Shown: positions 41,683-50,844 of the stretch, piece after piece
Layout of the letters: each line of letters begins with the position of its first letter
Numbering within the stretch: position 1 is the first letter of the stretch
Assembly: GCA_042408215.1 (NCBI GenBank)
Contig: JAYFMW010000026.1
Location: 32,001 to 96,000, forward strand
DNA: 64,000 nt
Source: Microcoleus sp.
GTDB taxonomy: Bacteria > Cyanobacteriota > Cyanobacteriia > Cyanobacteriales > Microcoleaceae
Reading direction: 5' to 3'
The notes under the pieces: model-generated
The model's input: the letters and a program-made list of their open reading frames with translations, nothing else
What the model was told of the DNA's origin: nothing
Database searches by the model: none
Translations under genes and position numbers: made by a program

Positions 41683-43116
41683 ATGACAGTAATACCGCAC
41701 CGCGCTAATCTTTTGCAAGACCGCAATCAACTGCATCAGTTGCTGTTAGATTGCCAGCAGTCTTTAACTGACAAATATCAAACAAAAATAGTTAGTATTT
41801 CTCAAGAGATTTACCCTCTCGATCCGCTAGCTGTACTGCAAGAGATTTCCGAACCTTGTCAGCGACACTTTTACTTTGAAAAAAGAGACCCCATTGCAGG
41901 CAAAAGTTTTGCGATTGCCGCCCTTGATTCAGCAATCCATCTCACAGTAGCAGGAAGCGATCGATTTGCAGCCGCGCAAAACTTTATTCGTTCAACACTT
42001 GCCAGTACAATTACCATTGGTACGGAACGCTTGCCCTTCAGCGGGCCTCACTTTTTTTGTAGCTTTGCTTTTTTTGATGAGAACATCTGCGACAATTCTT
42101 ACTTTCCTCCCGCTACCATATTTTTACCAAAATGGCAGATTTCTCGACAACAAGATAGCTGCACCATCGTCGCGACGGCCCTTGTAGAAAAAGATATAAA
42201 CGTTAAAAACATCGCTGAAAATATTTGGCAAACTTTTGATAAAATTGCATCTCGCAAATACCATAAATTAACTAATGCTATCAACAGTTCGATATCTTTG
42301 AAACAAATACCCGTGAATGATGCCAGTCAATTTAAAAGATCTGTCAAGTCTGCGTTAGAATTGATCGAGTCTCAATATTTTAGTAAAATTGTTTTATCCC
42401 AAGCAATAAATGTTATTTCTCAAACACCTTTCAGCTTAATAGATTCCTTAAACAACTTGCGCCTCAGCTATCCAGATTGTTATGTATTTTCAACCAGTAA
42501 CGGCAAAGGTAAAAATTTTATTGGCGCTAGTCCAGAACGCTTAATTAGTATTCACAACAATCAGTTATTAACAGATGCTTTAGCTGGTTCAGCACCGAGG
42601 GGAAAAACCGAGGCAGAAGATGCCAATTTAGCGAGAGGTTTATTGCATAGTGAAAAAGATATTCGAGAACATCAAGTTGTGATTGATTTTATAGTCGATC
42701 GCCTGTCTAAACTCGGTATAACTCCCAATTTTTCCCCACTTCCAAGACTGCTACAACTATCAAACATTCAGCATTTGTGGACACCCATAACTGCTCAAAT
42801 TCCCGCAGATATTCATTTATTAAAGATTTTAGCCCAACTGCATCCAACCCCAGCAGTAGCAGGCGTGCCGAGAGATATAGCCCTCGAACAAATTCGTCGC
42901 TGCGAAAGCTGCGATCGCTCTTTGTACGCAGCACCCATCGGCTGGATCGATCGCAGGGGAAACGGCGAATTTGCCGTCGGCATTCGATCGGCATTAATCG
43001 ATGGCGATCGGGCTATACTCTATGCTGGTGCTGGTATTGTGGCCGGTTCAGAACCCGAAAAAGAACTAGCTGAAATTCAGCTCAAATTACAACCACTTTT
43101 AAACGCTTTGGTTTAG
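41683..43116 (+). CDS. menF: Isochorismate synthase
   Basis: KIVLS, GASPERL, ALAGS, EHQVV, LHPTPAV, IRSAL and AGAGIV motifs. Confidence 0.93.
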   Translation: MTVIPHRANLLQDRNQLHQLLLDCQQSLTDKYQTKIVSISQEIYPLDPLAVLQEISEPCQRHFYFEKRDPIAGKSFAIAALDSAIHLTVAGSDRFAAAQNFIRSTLASTITIGTERLPFSGPHFFCSFAFFDENICDNSYFPPATIFLPKWQISRQQDSCTIVATALVEKDINVKNIAENIWQTFDKIASRKYHKLTNAINSSISLKQIPVNDASQFKRSVKSALELIESQYFSKIVLSQAINVISQTPFSLIDSLNNLRLSYPDCYVFSTSNGKGKNFIGASPERLISIHNNQLLTDALAGSAPRGKTEAEDANLARGLLHSEKDIREHQVVIDFIVDRLSKLGITPNFSPLPRLLQLSNIQHLWTPITAQIPADIHLLKILAQLHPTPAVAGVPRDIALEQIRRCESCDRSLYAAPIGWIDRRGNGEFAVGIRSALIDGDRAILYAGAGIVAGSEPEKELAEIQLKLQPLLNALV

Positions 43117-43131
43117 CAATATATTAGAAAA

Positions 43132-46100
43132 ATGATTGATTTTCGCAACACAAACACCCTCTGGTCTTCAATATTAGCCGAAACTTTACAGCGTCTGGGA
43201 TTAACTACCGCCGTCATTTCTCCCGGTTCGCGATCGGCACCATTAACAATAGCCTTTGCCCAGAACCACAAAATAGAAACTATTCCGGTTTTAGACGAAC
43301 GTTCAGCCAGCTTTTTTGCATTAGGAATTGCCAAAAAAACCCATTTACCCGTCGCACTAATTTGCACATCTGGAACCGCCGCAGCCAACTTTTATCCTGC
43401 GATCATAGAAGCCAGAGAAAGTCGAATTCCGCTGCTAATATTCACAGCCGATCGACCTCCCGAACTGCGGGATTGCCATGCTGGACAGGCTATCGACCAA
43501 GTAAAAATCTACGGCAACTATCCCAACTGGCAAGCCGAATTAGCCATCCCTTCTGCGTCCATAGGAATGTTAGGCTATTTGCGGCAGACGATCGTGTATG
43601 CTTGGGAGCGATCGCAATTTCCAACACCCGGCCCCGTTCACCTCAACATCCCCTTTCGCGACCCACTTATACCCGTTCCAGACATTGCTGTAGAAGCTTT
43701 AGAAACACAATTTGATATCGAAGATTTCTTTGCAGGATTAGAACCGATTGTTGCAGGAGAAACCTCTACCCCCCCCAGCCCCCCCTTAGCAAGGGGGGGA
43801 GCAGGAAGTCCAATAGAACCAAGCCCCCCCTTGTTAAGGGGGGGAGAAGAAAGTACAATGCAACAATGGCAGAAGTGCAGCAGAGGGATAATTATTGCGG
43901 GCGTTGCACAGCCTCAATTTCCCGAAAAATACTGTAGTGCGATCGCCCAAATCTCCAAATCATTAAACTGGCCAGTTTTAGCAGAAGGACTATCCCCAGT
44001 CAGAAACTACGCCCAACTCAACCCCCATCTAATTTCCACCTACGATTTAATCCTGCGAAACCACGAACTAGCAGATAAACTAACCCCAGAAATCGCCATT
44101 CAAATTGGAGACTTACCCACAAGCAAAGAACTACGAAACTGGTTAGACAAAACCCAACCCAGACGATATATAATCGACCCCAGCCACCACAACTTCGATC
44201 CCCTACAGGGCAAAACAACCCACCTGCGAACCTCCGTAGAGCATCTAGCCACTGCTATTTCCCCTCAAGTCCCCCCCCTGATTAAGGGGGGGTTAGGGGG
44301 GGTTCAAGATCGGGGCAACCACGGGGGGATTGCCCCTACAGACAATCAAACAGAAAACCAGAATTTTGTAGGGGTAGTGCCCCCGTGCCTACCCCTCACC
44401 ACCAATGAGGGCAACCACGGGGGGATTGCCCCTACAGACAATCAAACAGAAAACCAGAATTTTGTAGGGGTAGTGCCCCCGTGCCTACCCCTCACCACCA
44501 ATGAGGGCAACCACGGGGGGATTGCCCCTACAGACAATCAAACAGAAAACCAGAATTTTGTAGGGGTAGTGCCCCCGTGCCTACCCCTCACCACCAATGA
44601 GGGCAACCACGGGGGGATTGCCCCTACAGACAATCAAACAGAAAACCAGAATTTTGTAGGGGTAGTGCCCCCGTGCCTACCCCTCCCCACCAATGAGGGC
44701 AACCACGGGGGGATTGCCCCTACAGACAATCAAACAGAAAACCAGAATTTTGTAGGGGTAGTGCCCCCGTGCCTACCCCTCCCCACCAATGAGGGCAACC
44801 ACGGGGGGATTGCCCCTACAGACAATCAAACAGAAAACCAGAATTTTGTAGGGGTAGTGCCCCCGTGCCTACCCCTCACCACCAATGAGGGCAACCACGG
44901 GGGGATTGCCCCTACAGACAATCAAACAGAAAACCAGAATTTTGTAGGGGTAGTGCCCCCGTGCCTACCCCTCCCCACCAATCAGGGCAACCACGGGGGG
45001 ATTGCCCCTACAGACAATCAAACAGAAAACCAGAATTTTGTAGGGGTAGTGCCCCCGTGCCTACCCCTCCCCACCAATGAGGGCAACCACGGGGGGATTG
45101 CCCCTACAGACAATCAAACAGAAAACCAGAATTTTGTAGGGGTAGTGCCCCCGTGCCTACCCCTCACCACCAATGAGGGCAACCACGGGGGGATTGCCCC
45201 TACAGACAATCAAACAGAAAACCAGAATTTTGTAGGGGTAGTGCCCCCGTGCCTACCCCTCCCCACCAATGAGGGCAACCACGGGGGGATTGCCCCTACA
45301 GACAATCAAACAGAAAACCAGAATTTTGTAGGGGTAGTGCCCCCGTGCCTACCCCTCACCACCAATGAGGGCAACCACGGGGGGATTGCCCCTACAGACA
45401 ATCAAACAGAAAACCAGAATTTTGTAGGGGTAGTGCCCCCGTGCCTACCCCTCCCCACCAATCAGGGCAACCACGGGGGGATTGCCCCTACAGACAATCA
45501 AACAGAAAACCAGAATTTTGTAGGGGTAGTGCCCCCGTGCCTACCCCTCACCTCTCCATCAAAGGAATACCTCCAACTTTGGCACAACACCGAAACCCAA
45601 ATCAGACAAACAATAGACCAAAAAATATCAGCAATTCAAAACATAATTGAACCCAAAGTTTCCTGGCTGCTGTCCCAGATTTTGCCACCAGGAACACCAA
45701 TATTTATTGCTAACAGTATGCCAGTCAGAGATGTAGAGTTTTTCTGGAAGCCGAATCACTTAGAAATAAAACCTTTTTTCAATCGCGGCGCTAACGGCAT
45801 AGACGGCACATTATCAACAGCTATGGGAATAGCTCACCGCAATCAAAGCAGCATCATGTTAACAGGGGATTTAGCACTTTTGCACGACACGAACGGTTTT
45901 TTAATTAAACATAAATTTGTCGGTCATCTGACAATTATTTTAATTAATAACAACGGCGGTGGCATCTTTGAAATGTTGCCCGTTGCCAAATTTGACCCGC
46001 CATTTGAAGAGTTTTTTGCCACGCCGCAGCAGATCAACTTTGCTCAGTTGTGTGCAACTTATGGCGTGGAACACGAGATAATTGACGATTGGGAGCAGTT

Positions 46101-46221
46101 AAAAGAAAAATTAAGTTTTTTGCCAAATAGCGGGATTCGTGTCTTAGAATTGCCAACAAATAGGCGTACAGATGCTAAATGGCGGCAAGATCATCTAGGT
46201 AAATTTGCCAAAGATTTGTAA
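43132..46221 (+). CDS. menD: SEPHCHC synthase carrying a ~416-aa in-frame tandem repeat insertion
   Basis: SPGSRSAPL, DERSASFFALG, TSGTAAAN, NRGANGIDG, GDLALLHD and NNNGGGIF motifs. Confidence 0.93.
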   Translation: MIDFRNTNTLWSSILAETLQRLGLTTAVISPGSRSAPLTIAFAQNHKIETIPVLDERSASFFALGIAKKTHLPVALICTSGTAAANFYPAIIEARESRIPLLIFTADRPPELRDCHAGQAIDQVKIYGNYPNWQAELAIPSASIGMLGYLRQTIVYAWERSQFPTPGPVHLNIPFRDPLIPVPDIAVEALETQFDIEDFFAGLEPIVAGETSTPPSPPLARGGAGSPIEPSPPLLRGGEESTMQQWQKCSRGIIIAGVAQPQFPEKYCSAIAQISKSLNWPVLAEGLSPVRNYAQLNPHLISTYDLILRNHELADKLTPEIAIQIGDLPTSKELRNWLDKTQPRRYIIDPSHHNFDPLQGKTTHLRTSVEHLATAISPQVPPLIKGGLGGVQDRGNHGGIAPTDNQTENQNFVGVVPPCLPLTTNEGNHGGIAPTDNQTENQNFVGVVPPCLPLTTNEGNHGGIAPTDNQTENQNFVGVVPPCLPLTTNEGNHGGIAPTDNQTENQNFVGVVPPCLPLPTNEGNHGGIAPTDNQTENQNFVGVVPPCLPLPTNEGNHGGIAPTDNQTENQNFVGVVPPCLPLTTNEGNHGGIAPTDNQTENQNFVGVVPPCLPLPTNQGNHGGIAPTDNQTENQNFVGVVPPCLPLPTNEGNHGGIAPTDNQTENQNFVGVVPPCLPLTTNEGNHGGIAPTDNQTENQNFVGVVPPCLPLPTNEGNHGGIAPTDNQTENQNFVGVVPPCLPLTTNEGNHGGIAPTDNQTENQNFVGVVPPCLPLPTNQGNHGGIAPTDNQTENQNFVGVVPPCLPLTSPSKEYLQLWHNTETQIRQTIDQKISAIQNIIEPKVSWLLSQILPPGTPIFIANSMPVRDVEFFWKPNHLEIKPFFNRGANGIDGTLSTAMGIAHRNQSSIMLTGDLALLHDTNGFLIKHKFVGHLTIILINNNGGGIFEMLPVAKFDPPFEEFFATPQQINFAQLCATYGVEHEIIDDWEQLKEKLSFLPNSGIRVLELPTNRRTDAKWRQDHLGKFAKDL
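44313..45552. repeat. 13 tandem copies of a 96-bp unit made of two inverted GTAG-type REP-like palindromes
   Basis: GACAATCAAAC recurs every 96 nt from 44341 to 45493. Confidence 0.95.
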
Positions 46222-46344
46222 TTTTCAGGAATGACGCACTCCGATCGAAGAAACCGGGTTTTTCACCGAATCTACGGGCTGCAACCCGTCTTTTCGTCAA
46301 AAAACCCGGTTTCTGACCAACCGTGCGATCGCGAACTAACTAAT

Positions 46345-46659
46345 TTAAACGGCGGCTTGAACTAGCAGCGGATCTAACTCTCCTTCTGCATCAAGTTGGT
46401 GAATGTCATCGCAGCCGCCTACGTGTTGGTTGTTAATGAAAATTTGGGGCACGCTGCGGCGTCCATTAGCGCGTTGGGCCATTGCATTTCTAGCCGCTTC
46501 GTCGCCGTCAATCTTGTATTCTGTGTAATTTACGCCTTTCCACCACAGCAAAGTTTTTGCCCGGATGCAGTACGGACAGGTTTGCCAAGTATAGATTTCA
46601 ACATTGGCTTTGATGCGATCGGGTTGGCGGCCCAAAATGGGATTGAGAAAATCAAGCAT
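46345..46659 (-). CDS. grxC: Glutaredoxin 3
   Basis: CPYC, SVPQIFIN and GGCDD motifs. Confidence 0.93.
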   Translation of the reverse strand: MLDFLNPILGRQPDRIKANVEIYTWQTCPYCIRAKTLLWWKGVNYTEYKIDGDEAARNAMAQRANGRRSVPQIFINNQHVGGCDDIHQLDAEGELDPLLVQAAV

Positions 46660-46785
46660 TTTTAGTATCGGGGTAAAAATTGAACTGGTTGAGGGATTAA
46701 CGATTATTTTACCTAAACGCCGTCAGTCCCACGTCCTACCCAAAGGTTAGGGTGAGATGGAATTGCCCGCCACCACCTGTGGCAC

Positions 46786-46801
46786 TGTGACTTGGGTCAC
46801 A
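46786..46801. promoter_or_regulatory. CRP-family binding site TGTGA-N6-TCACA
   Basis: TGTGACTTGGGTCACA is a perfect consensus in a divergent intergenic region. Confidence 0.6.
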
Positions 46802-46922
46802 ACTTTACGCTACTTGGATCACTTACCTTCACCAAAATAATCACATTCGTCACCTCATCAATGTCACTGATCTTTTCGGGAAACACGGAGATGATGTATA
46901 TATCGAATTCAACCGCACTGCC

Positions 46923-47138
46923 ATGAACCCCGTACAACTCCTCCCCGGCGCTATCTCTGAAATCATCGCTTCTGTAAGCGATACAGGCGTTTTGACTCTG
47001 GCCGATCGCTACGGCTTGATGGCCGCCACCTTCGACGAGTCTCTGAATGACGAAGATAGAGGCTGTGTCAACCGCTTGCTGCGGGCAGTCACCAAAGGCC
47101 GGGTGAAAATGGTCAACGAACTTTCAGCAGCAGCGTAA
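46923..47138 (+). CDS. Conserved small cyanobacterial hypothetical protein
   Basis: LLPGAISE..LTLADRYGLMAA..L.DE...VNRLLR.V.KGR pattern. Confidence 0.75.
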   Translation: MNPVQLLPGAISEIIASVSDTGVLTLADRYGLMAATFDESLNDEDRGCVNRLLRAVTKGRVKMVNELSAAA

Positions 47139-47264
47139 GGAGGAGTTGAAGTTTTGTTCTGATGGCAAGCTGAGTCAGCGGTAGATAAAAATGGCAACTC
47201 GAAACAGCGGTAATTTGAATTCGATTTACAGTTTTCTCCTCTAACTCAACAACGGTTTTTTCTC

Positions 47265-47294
47265 AAAGCAGCCTTTTACAGGCTGCTTTTTTTT
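47265..47294 (+). terminator. Intrinsic terminator, possibly bidirectional
   Basis: AAAGCAGCCT-loop-AGGCTGCTTT followed by a T run, between convergent genes. Confidence 0.75.
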
Positions 47295-47297
47295 GAT

Positions 47298-48164
47298 TTA
47301 ATCTCGGATTTCCAGGTTGTACTGGCGGCAGAGGGCGATCAGTTTTTGTTGGAAGCGATCGCGCACACTGTCTGGAGAGACGATCGCGCAATCTTCCCAA
47401 TAGGGGGCAATTTCGCGGAAAAACCAGAAGGTATTGAAAATCGGACGGGTGACTCGTCTAATTGGCGGATCGCCTTCTAAGTCGCTGACTTCCACATCGC
47501 CTTGCTTTCGTCTGTAGTTAAAGGCAAGCCTGCCGAATAAGTGAAATTCTACGGAAATTCGCTCTAGATCCGGCAACCAAGTTCGATCGACCGACATCAC
47601 CGCAGCATCTTCAATGCGATCGAGCAGCAGGGTCCAGTTGTGTTCGAGTCCCGGTACGTCTTGATTTCCGTCAGATTCTTCGCAGCGACACATTAAATAC
47701 TGTCGCTTTTCAATAGGGACAATCCGAGCGTGTAAGACTGTGTAACTCCAAAGGCGATCGGCTGCATCTCGATAGGAAAGGCGAAATGGTTGCTGTCTGT
47801 GGATAAAATTATCGATTTTTTGCCGCCAAGCAGGTAAAGGGTTGCTCAAAAACGCCTCGATTTGGGCCCGGAAGGGGAGAGTTAGTTCGCTGCGCGAGCT
47901 CAACAATTGGGCAATTGCCAGCGCTTCATCAATTTTGCCCGAGTCGAGCAATTGCTGTCGGGCGATGTCTAGGGCTTGGATGCGGGTTTGGGGCCAGTCG
48001 TGGTTGGGGGCGATCGTCAGTTGGCGGCGGGCGATCGCTTCTATCAGTTTGGAAATGTTCGGGCGATCGCCCCACGTCTTCCCGAATTCTTGGGCCAAGG
48101 CTTCCAACTGCGCTTTATCTCGTTCAGAAACAGACAGGGTGATCGATTGACCTTTGCGACTCAT
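47298..48164 (-). CDS. CRISPR-associated WYL-domain transcriptional regulator with N-terminal RHH-like domain
   Basis: MSRKGQSITLS..W.DRPNISKL; FRLSY.DA, RQYL, LDRI and FWFFRE motifs; divergent from type I-D cas3. Confidence 0.88.
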   Translation of the reverse strand: MSRKGQSITLSVSERDKAQLEALAQEFGKTWGDRPNISKLIEAIARRQLTIAPNHDWPQTRIQALDIARQQLLDSGKIDEALAIAQLLSSRSELTLPFRAQIEAFLSNPLPAWRQKIDNFIHRQQPFRLSYRDAADRLWSYTVLHARIVPIEKRQYLMCRCEESDGNQDVPGLEHNWTLLLDRIEDAAVMSVDRTWLPDLERISVEFHLFGRLAFNYRRKQGDVEVSDLEGDPPIRRVTRPIFNTFWFFREIAPYWEDCAIVSPDSVRDRFQQKLIALCRQYNLEIRD

Positions 48165-48261
48165 AAATGTACGGACACTTCTTCATTGTACGGGCTTGAT
48201 AATCTCAATTATCGGTGTCAATATGAGGAATATCCACTTTCTACGGACACAGATTCAGCAT

Positions 48262-50442
48262 ATGTCCGATTACCAGATTACCCTCAAATCCGTTTACTCC
48301 TGTCCCGCTGCGGAAATTCCCAAAGGAGTGAAATTACCGGAAAATTGGACGCTTTCTTGGCATCAACTTGAAACTTTAAAGGCAATTCGCGATCCGAATA
48401 TTGATGTCATTTTCAACTCAGCTATTACTAGCGACGGCAAAAGTTTAGCCGCTTTCCTAGAAACATTGCAGACATATTGTTGTGCAGTGGCGCTATATCC
48501 TACTAATGAACTGGCGCGAGATCAGGAGACTCAAATTAAGCGCTATATCGAACAATTCCAGCCCGAACATCAACCCCGCGTTGTGCGACTCAGCGGCTCG
48601 GAATTAGAAATCTATGCAGAAAATGAAAAGCTGAGAAAAGCAGCCGCGATCGCATCTCGCACAGGTCAATCAGAGATTTTATTAACTAACCCTGATATCT
48701 TGCACTATCTCCACCGAGGAGCGTATTTAAGCTCTGAAGATAGCCCCGATAAACTGTGGGGTCGCATCGACAAAGATTTTGACCTGTTCATTTTTGATGA
48801 ATTTCATGTTTTTGCTGCTCCTCAGATTGCCAGCGTCATCAATACCCTGTTATTAATTAGTCATACAAACCGCCGAAAAAAGTTTGTATTTCTGTCAGCA
48901 ACTCCAGACGAGCAATTAATTAGCAGACTAGAAACAGCAGGGTTTCGCTGTCAAACTATCGACCCTTTAAAAGCAGGAAAATATCGGTTTCCCGATCGCC
49001 CTGCGGAAATCGAACAGTTGAAATCAGACTCCTGGCGGCAGATATTGAGGGAAAGTACGCTGACTTTTATTTCCCTAGAACCAACTTCAAAAGCTTCTGA
49101 AACTTGGCTGAAAGACAGCGCAAATCACATCCTGACTCACTTTAAACACAATCCGGGAAGTAAAGGAGCTATTATCCTGAATTCAATTGCTGCCGTCAAG
49201 CGGCTGACACCATTTTTTCGGAAATTGTTCGCGCCTCACGGTTTAGTTGTTGGCGAAAATACTGGGTTGTCGGGAAAAACGGAAAAAGAGCGATCGCTCT
49301 CGTCAGACTTAGTTCTCGGTACTAGCACCATTGATGTCGGGGTAGACTTCAAAATCAATTTGCTGATTTTTGAATCCGCCGATGCGGGTAACTTCATTCA
49401 AAGATTGGGAAGGTTGGGGCGACACGATGGGTGCGATCGCAATGGGGAGTTTATTCAGTTTCAAAATTTCACAGCCATCGCACTCACCCCTAATTTCTTA
49501 GTCGAACGCTTATTTGCAGGCGATACTGCGACTTTAGAGTCTAATGGAATTTACGATCGTCCTTTTTTCTATCAACAAATTCGCGAAAAGTACCGCCAAA
49601 TCAACAATTTTGAGGGATATTATTCGCGGTGGGGTGCGGTGCAGTCAGTTCAAATTTGTTGGGAATTAGGGCACAGGACAATTAAACAGCAGTACGCATC
49701 AAGTCAGAAAGCTTTTCAGGAAGCTGCTCAAAAAGTATTTAAAACTAGCTTGGGGAAAGTGGCCGGTAATATTAAACAGTGGGGCAAAGAGTGGAAAGAG
49801 CGATCGGGAAATAAAACAGGAAATCCGATCGTTGAAGATGCTAGCAGTTTTCGAGGTTCTAGTCCCCTGCAATGCGGCATCTGCGATTTAACCGATTCCC
49901 ATGAGGCAGACAAATTTAAAACTTACGATTTACCAGGAATTTTGAGCAACTTGGAAATCGAACCGATGACGGAATCTGCATTTATGCAAATGTTGAAGGA
50001 GACATCTGAACGCCTTGGGCAACCAATTGCCAAAGGTCGATTTAAACACTGTCTGGCTTTTTTGAAGTTGCGTAGTTATCGGGAGGAAAGACTGAATTGG
50101 AAATTTACTTATTCGGGAAATTTAGAGGAAAACGCTGCTGTTTGGAAAGTTCAGGTGTTGACGGGGATTGAGGTTGTGCAACCTGAGAATTATTGGATCG
50201 GGGAAATCAACAAGCGTTTGAAGAAGCAAGCATTGGTTTGTTATGTGCTGCGTTATCCGGTGGCTGAAGTGCGATCGCGCCTGCGACTGCCGGTGCACTT
50301 TCAGATTTATCCGATTTGCGATCGGTACAGTATCCACGATGGGACTGCACCTTATTCGATCGCCTTTGGGCAGTCGGCGCTGCTTGTGGACACGCTGGCC
50401 CACTGGCTCAAGAGTAAGGGGGATGAAGTATGGATTGCGTAG
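48262..50442 (+). CDS. cas3: Type I-D Cas3' helicase without HD domain
   Basis: DGKSL, LYPTNELARDQ, DEFH, LSATP, TSTIDVGVDF and QRLGRLGRH motifs. Confidence 0.93.
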   Translation: MSDYQITLKSVYSCPAAEIPKGVKLPENWTLSWHQLETLKAIRDPNIDVIFNSAITSDGKSLAAFLETLQTYCCAVALYPTNELARDQETQIKRYIEQFQPEHQPRVVRLSGSELEIYAENEKLRKAAAIASRTGQSEILLTNPDILHYLHRGAYLSSEDSPDKLWGRIDKDFDLFIFDEFHVFAAPQIASVINTLLLISHTNRRKKFVFLSATPDEQLISRLETAGFRCQTIDPLKAGKYRFPDRPAEIEQLKSDSWRQILRESTLTFISLEPTSKASETWLKDSANHILTHFKHNPGSKGAIILNSIAAVKRLTPFFRKLFAPHGLVVGENTGLSGKTEKERSLSSDLVLGTSTIDVGVDFKINLLIFESADAGNFIQRLGRLGRHDGCDRNGEFIQFQNFTAIALTPNFLVERLFAGDTATLESNGIYDRPFFYQQIREKYRQINNFEGYYSRWGAVQSVQICWELGHRTIKQQYASSQKAFQEAAQKVFKTSLGKVAGNIKQWGKEWKERSGNKTGNPIVEDASSFRGSSPLQCGICDLTDSHEADKFKTYDLPGILSNLEIEPMTESAFMQMLKETSERLGQPIAKGRFKHCLAFLKLRSYREERLNWKFTYSGNLEENAAVWKVQVLTGIEVVQPENYWIGEINKRLKKQALVCYVLRYPVAEVRSRLRLPVHFQIYPICDRYSIHDGTAPYSIAFGQSALLVDTLAHWLKSKGDEVWIA

Positions 50443-50443
50443 A

Positions 50444-50589
50444 ATATCAAGCCCTAATAGGGTTTGGGTTAAGTCAGGTAGGAAGGTAGAGGAACGAACG
50501 CCATTAGGAGCGCAGCTAATGTTTTCAATCCCTAATAGGGGGTTAAGCTATCAATAAAAATTAATAAGCTTTTCTACCTGTCCACACCC
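50444..50589 (-). ncRNA. Degenerate repeat-spacer-repeat mini-array (crRNA-like regulatory RNA)
   Basis: 50522-50540 matches the reverse-complemented array repeat at 17/19 and 50444-50465 at 18/22; both keep the CCCT-ATT-AGGG hairpin; spacer about 50481-50521. Confidence 0.8.
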
Positions 50590-50595
50590 TACATC

Positions 50596-50636
50596 AGTAT
50601 ACCAAGGATGACAACTATGTTTAGATCGTTTATACT
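50596..50636. promoter_or_regulatory. Back-to-back promoters: minus-strand extended -10 TGGTATACT (50604-50596) and plus-strand ATGACA-N17-TATACT (50608-50636)
   Basis: Sigma70-like consensus matches read directly; not experimentally mapped. Confidence 0.6.
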
Positions 50637-50664
50637 CAGACAATGGAAAGCTTCGCGGCTCTGT

Positions 50665-50697
50665 GAGCAACGATCGCGAGTAGGAACACAGATATGT
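50665..50697. promoter_or_regulatory. Predicted target site of the mini-array guide
   Basis: 23/30 identity between 50489-50518 and 50665-50694, with mismatches at guide positions 6, 10, 12, 18, 20, 24, 30. Confidence 0.75.
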
Positions 50698-50844
50698 AAT
50701 CGCAGCCCTTCTTGTTCTTTAGACAGAACGGTTTTTAGCGTCACTTTATTTGAGTGGGGGTATAACGCCCCCCTTCTGCTCCTGTCAGCAGTCAGCAGCC
50801 GTGAGTCTTTCCAGTCTGTAAAAACTCAAAAGGAGACATTCACA

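Noticed and set aside
44313..45552. menD repeat as a CRISPR array
   Set aside because: The whole 96-bp unit repeats with no unique spacers and it is in frame inside a gene
48154..48261. N-terminal extension of Cas3
   Set aside because: Overlaps the WYL start and the divergent promoter; ATG 48262 fits better
50643..50666. Mini-ORF MESFAAL as a CreT-like RNA toxin
   Set aside because: No SD sequence or tandem rare codons; a 7-codon ORF is expected by chance
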